In this document: positions 36,871 to 50,100 of the stretch, one piece after another | How positions within the stretch are numbered: the first letter of the stretch is position 1 | How the letters are laid out: every line of letters starts with the position of its first letter | Assembly: GCF_021028975.2 (NCBI RefSeq) | Contig: NC_059429.1 | Coordinates: 91,016,001 to 91,080,000 of the forward strand | DNA length: 64,000 nt | DNA from: Sphaerodactylus townsendi | Lineage: Eukaryota | Direction of reading: 5' to 3' | Made by a program: the position numbers and the translations under genes | The notes under the pieces: generated by a model | The model's input: the letters and a program-made list of their open reading frames with translations, nothing else | What the model was told of the DNA's origin: nothing | Database searches by the model: none

Positions 36871-38934
36871 GTATAGTGATAACATTAACTGAAATGACTT
36901 TTTGTTTCATTATTCAGTTTGTCAATATCCAAATTCACATCTATATCATAGAGGTAAATTCATTTTGTGATGGTCACTCAGATGCATTGTGTACTGAACC
37001 ATGACATCCTGACCCCCAAATCATTTTCTATAAGCCTGATAACTGACTTTCAATATACCTCTGTAGCAGGCTTTCTCACCATCCACCTACATACAATAAA
37101 CCTTACTGCAATCTTTTCTTGCAAATGTTATTTTTAAAACCCATTTCTAACCCATTGTTAAAAGAAATACTTCCCATCATTAACATTAACACCAAGCTGG
37201 AAATTAATACCTGAGGTGTAATGGATTTTTGATAGCAACCATATCCAAATGGGTCATTAGACTCAGAAGGCACCTCCAGCTTATTTTACTGAAACCCAAT
37301 AAATTGTCCATTTGGAAATGCAAGAAAGGAGGGGGTGGGAAAGAGGTTCATCAACTTCTTAATAACATATCAGACACCATTAATTTCCACCTTTAAAAGT
37401 TTTATGTTGTGATGAGTGTATTTGGCATATTGATTTTTCTGATAAGGCTAATTTAGTACAAGCTCAAAATTGGCTTTCAGGTACCATATATTTTATGAAA
37501 ACATTTTAAGAATACCTTTCCTCCATCACTTGTCCTCTGTACTGTTATGTTACAAATTCAGACCTGTAAAATATCACAAAGGGTTTTTGGGTGGAGGGTT
37601 GTGGAGGAAGGGGGAATGTGTGGACCATAGATAAAGCTGGGCAGGGTCCTCCCATTTCCAGAGAAGGGCTCTCCTCCTGATAAGCATAAGGTAATGATCG
37701 CACTGCCTCATAAGGTAGGTAGAAAATCCTGCATCAACCAGCATATTTTGAACTGTCATTTAATGTTTACAAATAATTAGCTCTTTCCAATTATGAATAT
37801 ATTTTAAGCATCATGGGGTATAGCATTTGCATTTTCTTCCTCAAGCCACAAAACATTTTAAGTTAAAATTGTCTCCAGGTATTTGAAAGTCATGTAAAAC
37901 AAATTTTATCATCCAAATTACATCATTTTCAGCTTCAAATTTTAAAGCAAAACATTACTTGTCTTAAATCCATTTTGAATGATACATCAGGCTGAAGAAA
38001 CATGAAACAATGTGCCATTCACCAAATTCACTTGAAATAGAATTTTGTTTATCATTTTTCTCCTGCCCCGTTTCTACCTCTTTAATCCGTATAACTGATT
38101 CTGGTTGTGACTCCTTCTAGTGCAGCATCAATCCTAATGTCTAACCTTTCTTGTGCCCATGATGTATCTCCTTTCCTCACATCAGCAGACTACTTTATTG
38201 TAAGAATGTTTTAATCCCTCTAGTGATCCCTTAGACCTGACCTTTCTACATGAAAATACTTCTACCTCCCCCCCATAGCATATAAGCCTAAAATCTTCAT
38301 CTGATAGATAAAAATATCACAATAAACTGCATGACATTTTAGATATATGTACAGTAGTAATAAATGCTAAATTTTCTGTTGTGGAGTCTCAATTGAATTT
38401 GAATGTCAGGGCTTTAGCTTGTAAAATTTAAAATTTAAAGTCCTGGGTTGTACCCTTGCTTTATGAAAACCCTGAAATATTCTTTTCAGAATGATTCAGG
38501 CTAAATTATACGCAACATTGTGCACTATTTCATTATTCTATTTTCTGTGTTTCTCTTTCTGTGTGGGTATATGTGTCTTATATCCTAAAATAACTCTTAA
38601 CACAGCATCATATTTGAACTATGGTTAGCTTGTAAAACCGAGATTCAGCTTGTAGCTGCCCATTCAAATCCTTTTTGCCTTGAGAAATGCTAGTCCCATC
38701 ACCTTTACTTCTGCCCTGCCTGAGAGATGTGGTTGGTATTATGGCCTGCCTTGTGACAAGGGTAGCACCAGGGGACAAGCCAAAATTACTTCAGAATTAT
38801 TCTGTACATTATACAAAACTGTAGGTAAAACTAAATGAGGTTATAAACCATTTTCAAACCATAGATTTAAATCCTAGTTTGATATAACCTAAGAAACCAT
38901 AGGTAGACATGTTACCTAAATTCAAATCATCCCA

Positions 38935-39240
38935 TCTTTCTCTTCGTTTTATCCTCACAGCAAACCTCCAAAAGTAGGTTAGGCTGAGAGTGTATGTCTG
39001 GTCTAAAGTCACCCAACTTTTCATGGCATGGACGGGATTCACTCCTGGGCTCATTCTGCACATGCAGAATAATGCACTTTCAAACTGCTTTCAGTGCTCT
39101 TTGAAGCTGTGCAGAATGGCAAAATCCACTTGCAAACAGTTGTGAAAGTGGTTTGAAAATGCACTATTTTGCGTGTGCGGAAGGGGCCCTGGATTAACCA
39201 GATCCTACTGCGATACTCTAATGACCACACCACTCTGACT
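38935..39240 (-). mobile_element. Squam3/MIR-related SINE interrupted by a Harbinger MITE
   Basis: TTTATCCTCACAGCAAACC...GTAGGTTAGGCTGAGAG...GGGATTCA, resuming after 39191. Confidence 0.7.
39048..39188. mobile_element. PIF/Harbinger MITE
   Basis: Ends GGCTCATTCTGCAC / GTGCGGAAGGGGCC, TSD CTG, homologous to 20171-20311. Confidence 0.88.
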
Positions 39241-40438
39241 CTCAAGCAAAACTAACTCACTAACCATAGCCAGTTTAATTAAACTATGGTTTTGTGTGAT
39301 GTCTGAACTGAGTTTGTGCAACCTCTTAACTTCTGCTCATTTTCATCTTTCCCAAGCTGTTTTCCACCAACTGGTAAGAGGAAAGTAAAAGATCCTGAAT
39401 CTTTCCCACATATTTTTCACTCATGATTTAAAAAGTAGTTTTGAGGGGAAAGGATTCAGCATCCCTTCTCCACCTGCCCTTCTTCCACTTTGAGCCAAGT
39501 TGCTTTGGATTTTAAAAACCTTAAGAAAGAATTGTAAAGCAGGTTGCATGTGGTTTGAGTCAAAGTGTACAGAAGAGCAATGGCTTTCAGTGTTCTTGGT
39601 CTTGTTTCATAAGTAGCACATGTGGTGATGAGGTGATCGCTACAACTTCTGAAAAGAAAAAAATATGATATGCATTTTAGTGCTTTAGAATGGTTGATTT
39701 GGGGGCATGAAATCAAACAAGTACATCTGTCGCTGTCAGTGTGCTATCCAGATTCACAATTTGCACACCAAACTCTCTCTCTCTCTCTCTTTTACATTAG
39801 TTACTTTTTTTACATTAGTTACTCCTTTTTAGTGCTACTGTACCTCTAAGCTTCCGAGCCGGGATGCGTTTATGAACTAGATTCGGTTAACGCTTTTGGC
39901 ATATGTTGATGGTGCCCTGTTGATTGGGGACCTCAGCAAATAGTATTGTTGGATCCATTTACTGTGAGGCAAGACAAGACTCCAGTTATTTTAAGGAAGA
40001 CAACATTAAGGCTAACTAGATTCCCAGCCAACACAAGACCAAAACTGCCATCCACATATATTGAAGCACTCTTGCAGAAAGAGCCATTGAGGTCTAAGAA
40101 ACTATTACTGTACTTCTCCAGAAGGAATACTTTCGTGATTTTCAGTCACAATGTTCCTAACAGTTTAATAAAACATTTTCACTTCAGTCCTGCTTGTTTA
40201 ATCCCTATATAACTTTAGTTAATCTATGTATTTTGCACTCCGTCTTCCAGTACAAATAGAATCAGAAAATGCCCAATGGCTATTAGATGTTTCAGGTTTC
40301 TGAAATATTGTTACTTTAATTTTATTTGGGGAGACCCAACATATGAGCACATATTGAAGAGTCATTCAATGAAGCTGTTGTCCAGTATCTTCAAGTCCAA
40401 GAAAGGTAACCACTTTATAAAATGTATAGTGTCTCCAT

Positions 40439-41044
40439 TGTAACATTGCCACAAAACACTGTGGGGACTGTTAGCTGTAGGGTTTCTTTAAAAAATGGAA
40501 ATATTTATGCTACTGATATTTTATTAAAGTACTAATATCCCTCTACTGCTCTTGTGTATCATGGAGCCTCTGATTGAGGGCTGCCTCATCTCTGTTTTCT
40601 CTGGGAGACTAGGTGATCCTCTGATCCTCTTCACTTTGTACTTTGTACTTTGCCTTTGTACTTAATCTCTTATGTCTTTCATAGGATATTCCTTTGTTGG
40701 CCTACAAAGGCAGAATCCTCCCCAGTTCACCCCTTCCTATGCCAGTTGTTAGACTGCTGTTCCTTCTTAAATGGGCAGGAATATCCTGCAGGTAAGTTTA
40801 GTCATCCTGCCTTTTCTAGATGCTTGGGAATCTCTTCCCCTGATTCTTTATCCCCAGTTTGCCTGTTTCAAGGATTTTTCTCTGCCTCACCGCTTCCCGC
40901 CCGCAGTAAACCCAGAGTTTTTTCAGTGGTGAAAATACGGTGTATACGCATCCAGCAGTTCTGTTTTCGCACCTGATACTTGTGTGTGTTCATTTAATAA
41001 AGGAAGAGTCCTTGTTTGTTTGTTTCTGTTTTGGGGTAGTTACA
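40439..41044 (+). mobile_element. probable solo LTR
   Basis: Termini TGTAAC...GTTACA, with AATAAA at ~40995 followed by a GT-rich tract. TSD not clean. Confidence 0.55.
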
Positions 41045-41577
41045 ACTATAGACTGGCTGAGCTCCCTTTGACTGAAACCAGTTGCTTCCATTCTCAAGCT
41101 TTGCTGCTGATAAATGATTGTTGTTTTGAACATTTTGTCACACTCTGGACTGTTCAATAACAGGACTCTCTGGTTTCAGTTGATTTCTTTATTATGAAAC
41201 AGCATCTGGAAATGAATTTTTAGACTTTTGTTGCCAGAACTAAGCATAATCAATATTGAAAGCACCATTATACTTCACATCACCCCTACATCCTGCCACC
41301 CCACTCTGCTAAGGAGTTTCCAAAGATGGGGAGGTCCCAGTCCCATGGTCTGCTGCAAGGAGAAATTGCTTTCCCCCACTTGGGTCAAAATAACCTACAT
41401 TCCACATTACTGAGAGAACTGCAATAGTAGGGGCTAACAAGGTGGTAATGGGTCTGAGAAAAGGAAAGCAGTTTAACTAAGAGGAGGGAGGAGGTGGGTC
41501 TGAACAGAAGCAGGTTCCTAGGTCCCAGGCAGGAGGTGAAGCAGGGCAGAATCAAACAAGGGCTGATCATGACACAT

Positions 41578-42015
41578 GTATTTGTTTGCTTGTTTGTTTA
41601 TTTCTGTAAATTTATATCTCACCTATAACCAAAGTCCCTGGTCGAGGTACAGTCATAAAAGCACAATTTAGAAATACAACTGTAAAAAATACTATTAAAA
41701 ATTATTTTTAAATTACATAAAATACAATTATAAAAATATCTAAAAACAATGAGAAAGCTAGTACAGATTCCCCCCCCACAAAAAAAGGGGAGAGAGGGGA
41801 GGCACCACCAAAAGGGGTCAGCTGCGTGCCTGGATACAGTGGGTGGTCTTAGCTGGAATCTAATCTTTTGCAGAATTGATGCCTGGTGGACCTCTGAGGG
41901 GAGAGTGTTCCAAAGCACTGGGACCACTGCAGAGAAGGCTCTCTGGGCAGTCCTAACCCTTCTGAATCTCAAAAAGTGGTGGGGCTGCCAGAAACCCCCC
42001 ACCCAACTTGTTGCC
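41578..42015 (-). mobile_element. L2 LINE 3' remnant
   Basis: Translation RTAQRAFSAVVPVLWNTLPSEV matches STRARTFTALAPAWWNTLPPAV; (AAAC)n tail. Confidence 0.8.
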
Positions 42016-42496
42016 ATACTGACCTATGGTGAACCAAGAAGCCCTGTTTTAATAAAGTGCCATCTCTACCACCTCAACCAACCTTGGGATGCCCAGCAGC
42101 AGTGCCAAAATAGGCACTGTTTTGGGCAGCCTTCAAGGAAAAAGAACTCTGTCTGGACCTATCCCCCTCCAAAGCAACTTGCATATTGTCCCCCCACACC
42201 CTTCCTGACAGGATTAAGTCTACACAAAAGATCTTGTGTGGAGAGAGTTACCATCTCCTGGACCATACATATCGGAGAAAATAAAGTATGTATTAATGTG
42301 CTTACTTGCCCTGTATTGTACTAACTGACATTTCTTCCTAGGAGTAACGCTTTTAATGACCACCTTACTTTACATTATCATTGTTTCACAGCTGTAATCT
42401 CTTCAGTTATCTTCCCTGGACACATCAGGCTGATGTCTCAACCCATTAGACTGATGACCCACCATTAAAGTTGATATTTGGCTCTCATCCTTCCCA

Positions 42497-42610
42497 GAAC
42501 ATAAAAAAGAGCCTGCTGGATCAGACCAGAGTCCATCTAGCCCAGCACTCTGCTACTCACAGTGGCCCACCAGATACCTTTGGGAGCTCACATGCAGGAT
42601 GTGAAAGCAG
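42497..42610 (-). mobile_element. CR1 LINE 3' end
   Basis: AGAACATAAAAAAGAGCCTGCTGGATCAGACCAGAGTCCATCTAG resembles the squamate CR1 terminus. Confidence 0.7.
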
Positions 42611-42821
42611 GAAATTCCTTTTGCCTAGGGAGATTTAGGATTATTCTGCATAAACCTGAGGGTCAATTTTTCCCATTAGAAAGTGTTCAATATCTCTGGA
42701 CAACTCTCTGTCTGTGGTACTGTTTCACAAAGCTAAGCATGGGTTGCTCAGTTCTGTTCCTTGAACCATTCCATTCCAAGATCAGGTGACTACAATTTTT
42801 TGCTCCTCTCTATATTCCTTA

Positions 42822-42927
42822 TCAACAGTTTTTATTAAAGGGATAAAAATGGGGGTACACCAGCACACAATAAAACAATAGAACACTGGTGTACCCCCAT
42901 TTTTATCCCTTTAATAAAAACTGTTGA
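42822..42927. repeat. perfect 42-bp inverted repeat with 22-nt spacer
   Basis: 42822-42863 is the exact reverse complement of 42886-42927. Confidence 0.95.
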
Positions 42928-43370
42928 ACCTTTATTCACTCTCCTGCATTTTTCTATACAAAAGCTGACTCTTGTATAATAAGGTATTCAAGACCCCATG
43001 TTTCCCGGCCCTTTGCAAGCCAAGAGTCTGCTCCTGCTAATTTCCCCACACTAAAAGGGAAAGACTTCCCACCACTTTGGGTAACACACTGACATCAGTG
43101 CCCAGGCAGGTCTGTATGGGAGGAGACACTTCTGTCTCTAATGTGTGAACCTAAGAGTAGGAACAAGACAGCAGGAACTAGAGAGAGTACCCTTTATTGA
43201 TTTGCCAAAAAAGGGAACATCATACCTTTCCAGACTGTGGGGGGAAGGTTCCTGCCTTGTTGGTAGTGTCTTTCAGCCTAGCCCGGCATCCAAACATCGT
43301 GGAACTTCTTGAACACTGAGACCCTCAAGGCAACTAACTATAAAGAAAAAAATACACCATGGGACATAGG

Positions 43371-43506
43371 TAGTGGTGGGATTCAAATAATTTAACAACT
43401 GGTTCTGGTGGTGGGATTCAAATAATTTAACAAATGATTGTTTACAAGCACCATTTTAACAACTGGTTCTGCCGAAGTGGTGCAAACCTGCTGAATCCCT
43501 CCACTG
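43371..43506. mobile_element. hAT MITE
   Basis: TIR TAGTGGTGGGATTCA / TGAATCCCTCCACTG and perfect 8-bp TSD GACATAGG. The left end is duplicated internally in tandem. Confidence 0.9.
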
Positions 43507-44544
43507 GACATAGGTCTACCAATTTAACCATAATAGCTTAACCTCCATTTACTGCTTATAAATTGCCAGAGGACTCTGACTACTGGTAGAAACTCAGCAC
43601 TGGACTGAAAGTAGATTGGTCTGATCCACATAGTGTTCTTATATAGGAATCTTCAGATTTCATGGAAAACATATTTGACCATTGAGTTGGGTTTTTGCTA
43701 AACTGCATGGAAGAAAATGCTAGCAGTCTAAGCAAATGAGGAGCCACTGATGACACTAAGGACTATTTAGACTAACATTGAATGGAAGGGTTTTGTTGTT
43801 TAAACACAGCATTTATTTATGATTAATTCATATGATTTCTGACTGATTTAAACAATTGTCTGTCAAGAAGAGCAGCAGCGCAGCAAAGATAGGGAGAAAC
43901 AGAACTCTGCTGGGCTGTATGCTAATATGCACGTGCAAAAAGCTGATTGCACTGTATTCTTAGAAGCAACCTACTGAACAGCCACTAACACGTAATTAAA
44001 TGGATGAACAGTCTGTCAGAAAATTGACTGCCTGATTGTGACTATCAAAGAAGACATAAGCCAAACTTGCAAATGTTTGTGCACGTCTATTGTCGTGTTC
44101 TATAAAAACACAAGCAGGTAGATTACTGAGCAATCCTAAGCAGAATCAAAACCATCTAAATCTACTGAAATAAATAAATTTAGAAGAATCTAACCCTGAT
44201 TGGGATAGCATTGTTAGATACCTAATTTGCACTGAAAGGCATGTAGCACCTGTGGACACATTCTTTGGTCTCCAATTACTTGGACAGCGAGGATTAATCT
44301 CCAGAATGTTTCAGTGCTCACAGGCCAGAGTGACTGAATTACGTAGCACTCTCCCTCTGTTACTGGCACTTCTTGTCAATTATTGTGCACATCTGCTCTA
44401 CCCAGTCCTTGCCCATTCAATGACATAGTTCCTTGGACTTTGGGGGATGGAATGTGCTATGATGAGCCAAAGTTCAGCCTGTAATGAGTCATGTAAAGAG
44501 AAAGCAAAATGTTGCTGGGAATCTGCTTCTAAACTGCCATGTGT

Positions 44545-44860
44545 ATTTATTTATTTATTTTTTATTTATATTTCAAACTTATAGGCCGCCTCTTCCCCAG
44601 GGGGCTCGAGGCGGCTTCCAACATGGCTGTTCTCTGACAGCAACTCCAACAACATAACTTAACACATTTAAAATCCAGCAGCAATCATATACAATTTAAA
44701 CAGTAAAACAGTAGACTAATAAAACGGTAAAAACGGGCGCCCGATCCCAAGGCTAAAAAGGGAGAAGTAGTAATAGAAAAGGAAAAGGAGGGAGCAGGGG
44801 GGCCCAGATGGAATCAACAGTGGGCCCGACCGAAATAACAGGGGATGGAGAATGGCAGCC
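44545..44860 (-). mobile_element. L2 LINE 3' UTR fragment
   Basis: An (ATTT)n tail, then CCGCCTCTTCCCCAGGGGGCTCGAGGCGG, similar to the 1297-1325 terminus. Confidence 0.75.
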
Positions 44861-45977
44861 ATGTATCAGTCTAGCATGGGTTTGGCCACATCTAGTTTGA
44901 GTGTTTTAATGTCACCATAAACCATCCCAACAATTCCATCCTAAGTAGAATGATACTCTTCTAATCGCTTTGACTTTTATTGTTTTAGAGAGCTACACTT
45001 CTGCTTAGGATGCTAATGTACATATCACTTAACAGTGGCATGCTGGAACATGTCAGTCAGTGTATGTACATATACAATCAACTCACTGGCTGGAACCCAA
45101 GATTTACCCAAATGTTTTAATTCTAGTGTTTATGTATTTGAATGGTTTTAGTCCTTAAAGATGAGCTGTTGTTTATATTGTTGTATGTGTCAGGCCTGTA
45201 CCATTCCAGTTGGGCAATTTGCATGTCCACACCCCGGTTACAGATGGCTCAGCCATTATCATTGCTCAAGGCTACAGAGGCCTCCCACTGCTTGCGAAGT
45301 AACTAGCCTAAGAGTGCTTAGCCATTCACTCTTATCTGCCTTTCTGAAGGAGTGAACTGTCTGCTGTTGCTCCCACTGTCTTTTCACATGCTGATATTAT
45401 GGGAATGTGCGGGTGGGGGATGTCAAGGGTTGAACTAAACTGTAAGGTATATACCAGGGATCAGAGAGCCAAACCCCTCAGTTTCAGCTATCTGAACCTG
45501 GGATGACACAGTTCCAATAAAGCTTTTGAAATCTTCCTGAGTCTTGTTGATGACTGTAGTAACAGACCCTTACAGTATGGCCCTTTTCACACACAAGGTT
45601 TGCTGTGGAATTACTGCAACACGCATTGACATCCCGACCTTTTTGTTGCTGGTTCGCTTGCCGCCGACATGTCATTCGCTATGACTTCTTGCCAGTTTTT
45701 TTTTTTTTTCGTGAGTCTGGAACCGCATCTGAATCCAGAAACCCCGATAGTTTGCATTGCTGCGGAATGCAATACAAATGAGAGTTCTGATTGGCTGCTT
45801 AGCCGTTCCTGGACATGTCGTTTGTGACGTTTGGCCCTGTCATCACGTTGTCATGCTGTGATGTGGCCACGAGATGTCGACACACCAATCTTCCCATTGG
45901 CTGACGTTACCTCGAGATGTCTCACATTGAGTGTGCCAAGGCACTGTCCCTTGACACAGCATCGGCAGAAGCGCCCA

Positions 45978-46409
45978 CTACACATTCTGTCGCCCTGAGC
46001 TGGTGCAGCAGGCTAATGCTTCTGTCCCCCCCCCCCATATCTGTCCCAGCTCTTCAAAGTAAGGCATGGTCCGAGGACCATTACCGGAAGTCTTGTTGGG
46101 CTGATTAACTCTTTTGAAGTCACGTTTTAAAGTTTTTGCTTTTGTCCTACACTCAAGGGCAGTTCTCTTGTGCCCCCTGAGGTGCATCTCTGCTGCCACC
46201 TTCTCAAAAACATCTAATAAGTTTCTATAGCTGGACTTTAGGGAGCACTGTACTTCCTCCTCTTCCCATACTGCAATCAGATCCCTTGTCTCATCATTCC
46301 GCCATGACACACCCCTCCCAAGAGCTTTGTCTGAGTTGGTGGCTGAGCTTTTCGGTCCATTCATTTGATCTCCCCGGGCACGGACGTAACACAGCCAATG
46401 AGCTACCAA
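45978..46409 (-). CDS. Myb/SANT-like (trihelix, Myb_DNA-bind_4-type) DNA-binding protein of Harbinger
   Basis: RGVSWRNDETRDLIAVWEEEEVQ...VFEKVAAEM..RGHKRTALECRTKAKTLKRDFK...MPYFEEL. C-terminal frame is uncertain at a homopolymer near 46026-46036. Confidence 0.85.
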   Translation of the reverse strand: MVAHWLCYVRARGDQMNGPKSSATNSDKALGRGVSWRNDETRDLIAVWEEEEVQCSLKSSYRNLLDVFEKVAAEMHLRGHKRTALECRTKAKTLKRDFKRVNQPNKTSGNGPRTMPYFEELGQIWGGGTEALACCTSSGRQNV

Positions 46410-46777
46410 TTAAGCATTATCTCACAGTCTCACAGCACCGTTGCGCAGAGATCTTGTTTTCTTGAGACCTCGCTGCAGCGAGACAATGCAATGCCTGACC
46501 AAGGGTGAGGAGAGGCGGGAGGCGAGTGAGACGGAAACAGAACAGTAAAATCTGCGCATGCAACTGGCAAATTCCTTGCTCCTCCCGATTGGCTGGGAGA
46601 AATCGCATCACTGCGGGGGCATGATTCCTAAAACCTGCTCGGTAGCATGACGTTGCCCACATAGGGGCAGAAATATGGAGGGAAACCGTTTTATCTGAAA
46701 AAGTTGCAGAAGCATTGAGCAACAGGAAAAATGTGAGGCGATGCCTCGAATGGGTGACAGAGTAGGGGTCGAACTGC

Positions 46778-47108
46778 TGTAAGGGTGGGGGTTAGTTTCT
46801 GCTCTTTCTGCCTGGCCTTCCAGCGATATCCTCGTTCTTGGGCTTCGCGTCCGGGGTGGTTTGTGGCCTTAACCTTGTGCTGTGATTATCTTGTGTGTTT
46901 GAAGCTTGTTTCTGTTCTGTCATGGGAATTCTGCTGGGACGTTTGGGGGAGGTGGCTGAAGGTTCCGTAAAAGCGACACCTGAAGCCCGGGAAAGTCAGA
47001 ATCTGGTGATCCCGGTATTGGCGACATTACTGAAGTTTCTTATGAAATAAACGTACATTGAACTCAGTTGCCCTTTCGTCGTTCGAAGTCCTTTTGAGGT
47101 TCCTTACA
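46778..47108 (+). repeat. 5' LTR of element B (331 bp)
   Basis: Colinear with 53371-53679, with extra small insertions. AATAAA at ~47046. Confidence 0.95.
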
Positions 47109-47110
47109 TT

Positions 47111-47123
47111 ATGCGCGGATTCT
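47111..47123 (+). promoter_or_regulatory. putative self-priming PBS of element B
   Basis: ATGC(GC)GGATTCT is complementary to AGAATCCGCAT in the 3' LTR (53585-53595) if a 2-nt insertion is allowed. Confidence 0.65.
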
Positions 47124-47199
47124 CACTTCTCTCTATCTTCGGATTGATTTTGGGTCACTACACCTTGTCCATCCGGTTTTGTGGGATCCCCCTGATACC

Positions 47200-50100
47200 C
47201 AATCCAGACATGTAGGGATTTCCTGAACACCGAGAGCTCGCCGTGACTTGGAAGGTGATTAAGACTCGTGGTAGCCCCCAAAGAGAGGGCTCCATATCTT
47301 CCTTCCAATAACAACGCGGTCTCCTCTTGGAGGGAGCCAGCGGAACCCGGCCTCCCTGGTGACTCCTCTCTAAGCCCCTCCTCGCTCAGCCGGAGCTTTC
47401 AGGGCCTTCCTCCAACTGCATGAGCAAATGGAAGAAGCCCCCCTGATGGCTCGGCACACTGTTTCGGCCGGCCAGCAAGTAAGCGCCAGGATTTCGTACC
47501 GCATCCTGGTGGGCGAGTGGAGGTCGATGGGATCATGCTTCTGGGGGGCAACATTCTCACCACCCGCCAGCATAAGGGATTTCATAAACCGGTGATGCAA
47601 TGTGTCGAGGGAGGAAATCGGGTATCAAATCCATCCACGGGACACAGCAAGAGACCCCTGGGCAAGATTCCTTCTGGATCAATACCTCGAGGATCCCTCT
47701 CCCAAGATCACTGAGTAGAGCACCGAGCACGCCTACGAAAGGTTTATACTCTCTAACGCACTCCAGGATCTCCTCCTCCTCTGAGGGAGGAAGTGTTGGA
47801 GTTACCTAACACTTCCAGACTCAGGGCTCCACTTTCACAGAAGATGCCCGCATCTCGCTAACCCTCCGGACTTCATCGGATCTCGAGGAAGCGTTAGCCA
47901 GCTGCCTCTTGGAGCGGTGCCCGGCCTCCCAGATCTTGACTCTTGGATGGGGCTACCAGCCTCTACCGCCTATGCGGATGCAACGGCCCTCCTGGTTAAT
48001 CGGATCTTTGGGGAACAGATGGAGGCTCTCGAGAGAACCAAACGGGACTGGGAGCAGGAACGGATGGCTCTCGTGAAAGCCAGCGCAGCGAAGCCTTAGA
48101 ACAAGAACGTGAACAGCAGCCAGGGAGCCGTGGAAGTGTAGCGAACTTTCATCAGAGAAGGATGTCCTAAGAGATCAGTTCCTCAAAGACCTCACTTCCC
48201 GTGGACCGAAGTCCCAGAACACCTCCCTGACTCGAGCTCCAGCGCCAACGCCAATGCCTTTAAAGCGCTGGAAACCAAGGAGTAGTCGAGGCGGAACTGC
48301 AACGTAGGAGAACGGGATAGACTTGGCAACGCGAATGGGAGGCTCCCTCACACCGCCGTGGGAGAGGGAGTTGGCGTGGCAAGGGAGGCTGCACGCCCGG
48401 AGAGATCTCCCGCCACCAGTGGCTTCCTACTCCAGCACCGGTGGTGCAACTCACCTGGCCTATTCATCAGCCTCGGGATCGTACTCACTCCCCCACCCCA
48501 GCTGCAGAGTCCTACTCCCCGTGCAAACCTCCAGCCCCGGGTCCAGGGGGGCGCAACCACCGCCTGCACAAGCTCCCGCCCCAGTCTCCACGGAAGCTGG
48601 TAGGGGTTACCCTCGCCTTCCGCCATTCCTGCACGCTTTGGATGGGACAGCTTCCAGTGTTGCCATATTTCATCCTTACAACTCGGGACGCACACATGCT
48701 TTGAGTTTGATGGGATTTTATAGGTCCTAAGCTTTCGAGAAGCTGTTGCGTGACATCGGGTCCGTGGCTGGATGGAGACGCTGAGCAGAATGGTTTTTCT
48801 GTGGAATTGTAATTGAAGTAGCAGGGGGCCCTGGAACTTCAAACCGTGGCAGCTTACTTCAAGGGGTTGCAGTAAACTTCTGTTTTCAAGATCCGAAGAG
48901 GTGAGCAAAGCCATCCAAGACTGTTAAAACTCTCAAGCAGGGGAAATAGGCCAAACTCTTTGCAGAGTTCACCCGAGTAATTCCGGTTGGCCACGTAAGC
49001 AAGCTCCCCGCGAGTCTCGCCCTAACGCATGAAATGTGAATACTACTCCACCATGCTGTTGAGGGAGGAAATCTGCACCTGGGTACATGCATGCGTGCGT
49101 GGAACCCCAGACCATTGCCAGAGTGGGATTACAACCGGGCAACCTTATTGCGGCCCGCCTTTAATCACTCCAAGATGGGGGAAAACCGCCCACCAAACTC
49201 CCTCCTGCCAAACCCTTCTGCCAAGCAAACGGGTAACGACGGTCGCCGGCCTCTCCGCCGGTAAGGCGGAAAGTGCAGTGACCGCCGTCAGCCAATCCAC
49301 CTTCTGGAGCACCGCCTGCCGCCAAGGCTGCCTCATTGTGGCCAGGGCCCGGGCCCTACATGGCGGCCAACTGGGCCGTTCTAAAAAAACAAAAGGTGCG
49401 CCTGTCCCTCAGCCCCCCGCAAGTCAACGGCACTTTAACTCCTCAAGTAAAGGACAGGTCCTCGGGGGCCTGTACAAGGAGCTGCGAAACCACCTGGCTA
49501 TGATGACGCAGTCTGGGGAGACCGGCTGACACCGGAACTTGAAGGTGCAGCCTTTCACAGTGGTCCCATGTATCGTGGAAGAGTTTCCTGGGCGCCAGGA
49601 TGCGGGTGGAGTGAAGGGCTGAAGCCCTCTATAACTATTAAGTGACCACGCCAACCGTAACACCTCCAAGCACACCCATTATTCTGGCACGAAGCTCAGG
49701 AGGATTCCTGCTGGCTGTTGCTAATTTCCACTTGCCTTTATGAAGCCCTCCCAGGTGGCTGGACGCAACTAGGACTCGAACGTGAGTAGCATTGGCTTCA
49801 AAACCACTCCAATTCTCTACTTCAAGTGGATGTGGTAGCCCGTTGGGCACCAACGGTCCCGGCCCCAAGCTTCTGAAGACTCCAAACCAGTGCTTCTAAG
49901 TATGTGCTGAATAACACTGGGAAAGATCGTAGCTTCATTTTGGCTCCAGTCGCCAAACATCCCAGGTAGTGCTGGGCATGCCCTGGCTCCTCTCCCATGA
50001 ACCCACCTCATCTTCTGGGGACAACGAGATAGTCTCGGGATTCCCAATTCCGGATCCCCCTCTGTGTGGGAATTCATTACATGCACGTAGGGGTGAGCCG

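Noticed and set aside
37000-38420. Possible old L1/Tx1 remnant on the minus strand
   Set aside because: Only compositional hints; I could not recover a convincing motif.
43371-43470. Repeat-spacer-like pattern (GTGGTGGGATTCAAATAATTTAACAA x2) resembling CRISPR
   Set aside because: Only two copies, inside a hAT MITE with a TSD, in eukaryotic DNA with no cas genes.
45978-46409. Host ZSCAN20/29- or MSANTD-like gene
   Set aside because: It lies inside TIRs with a TSD, and no SCAN or zinc-finger exons are nearby; better explained as transposon-encoded.
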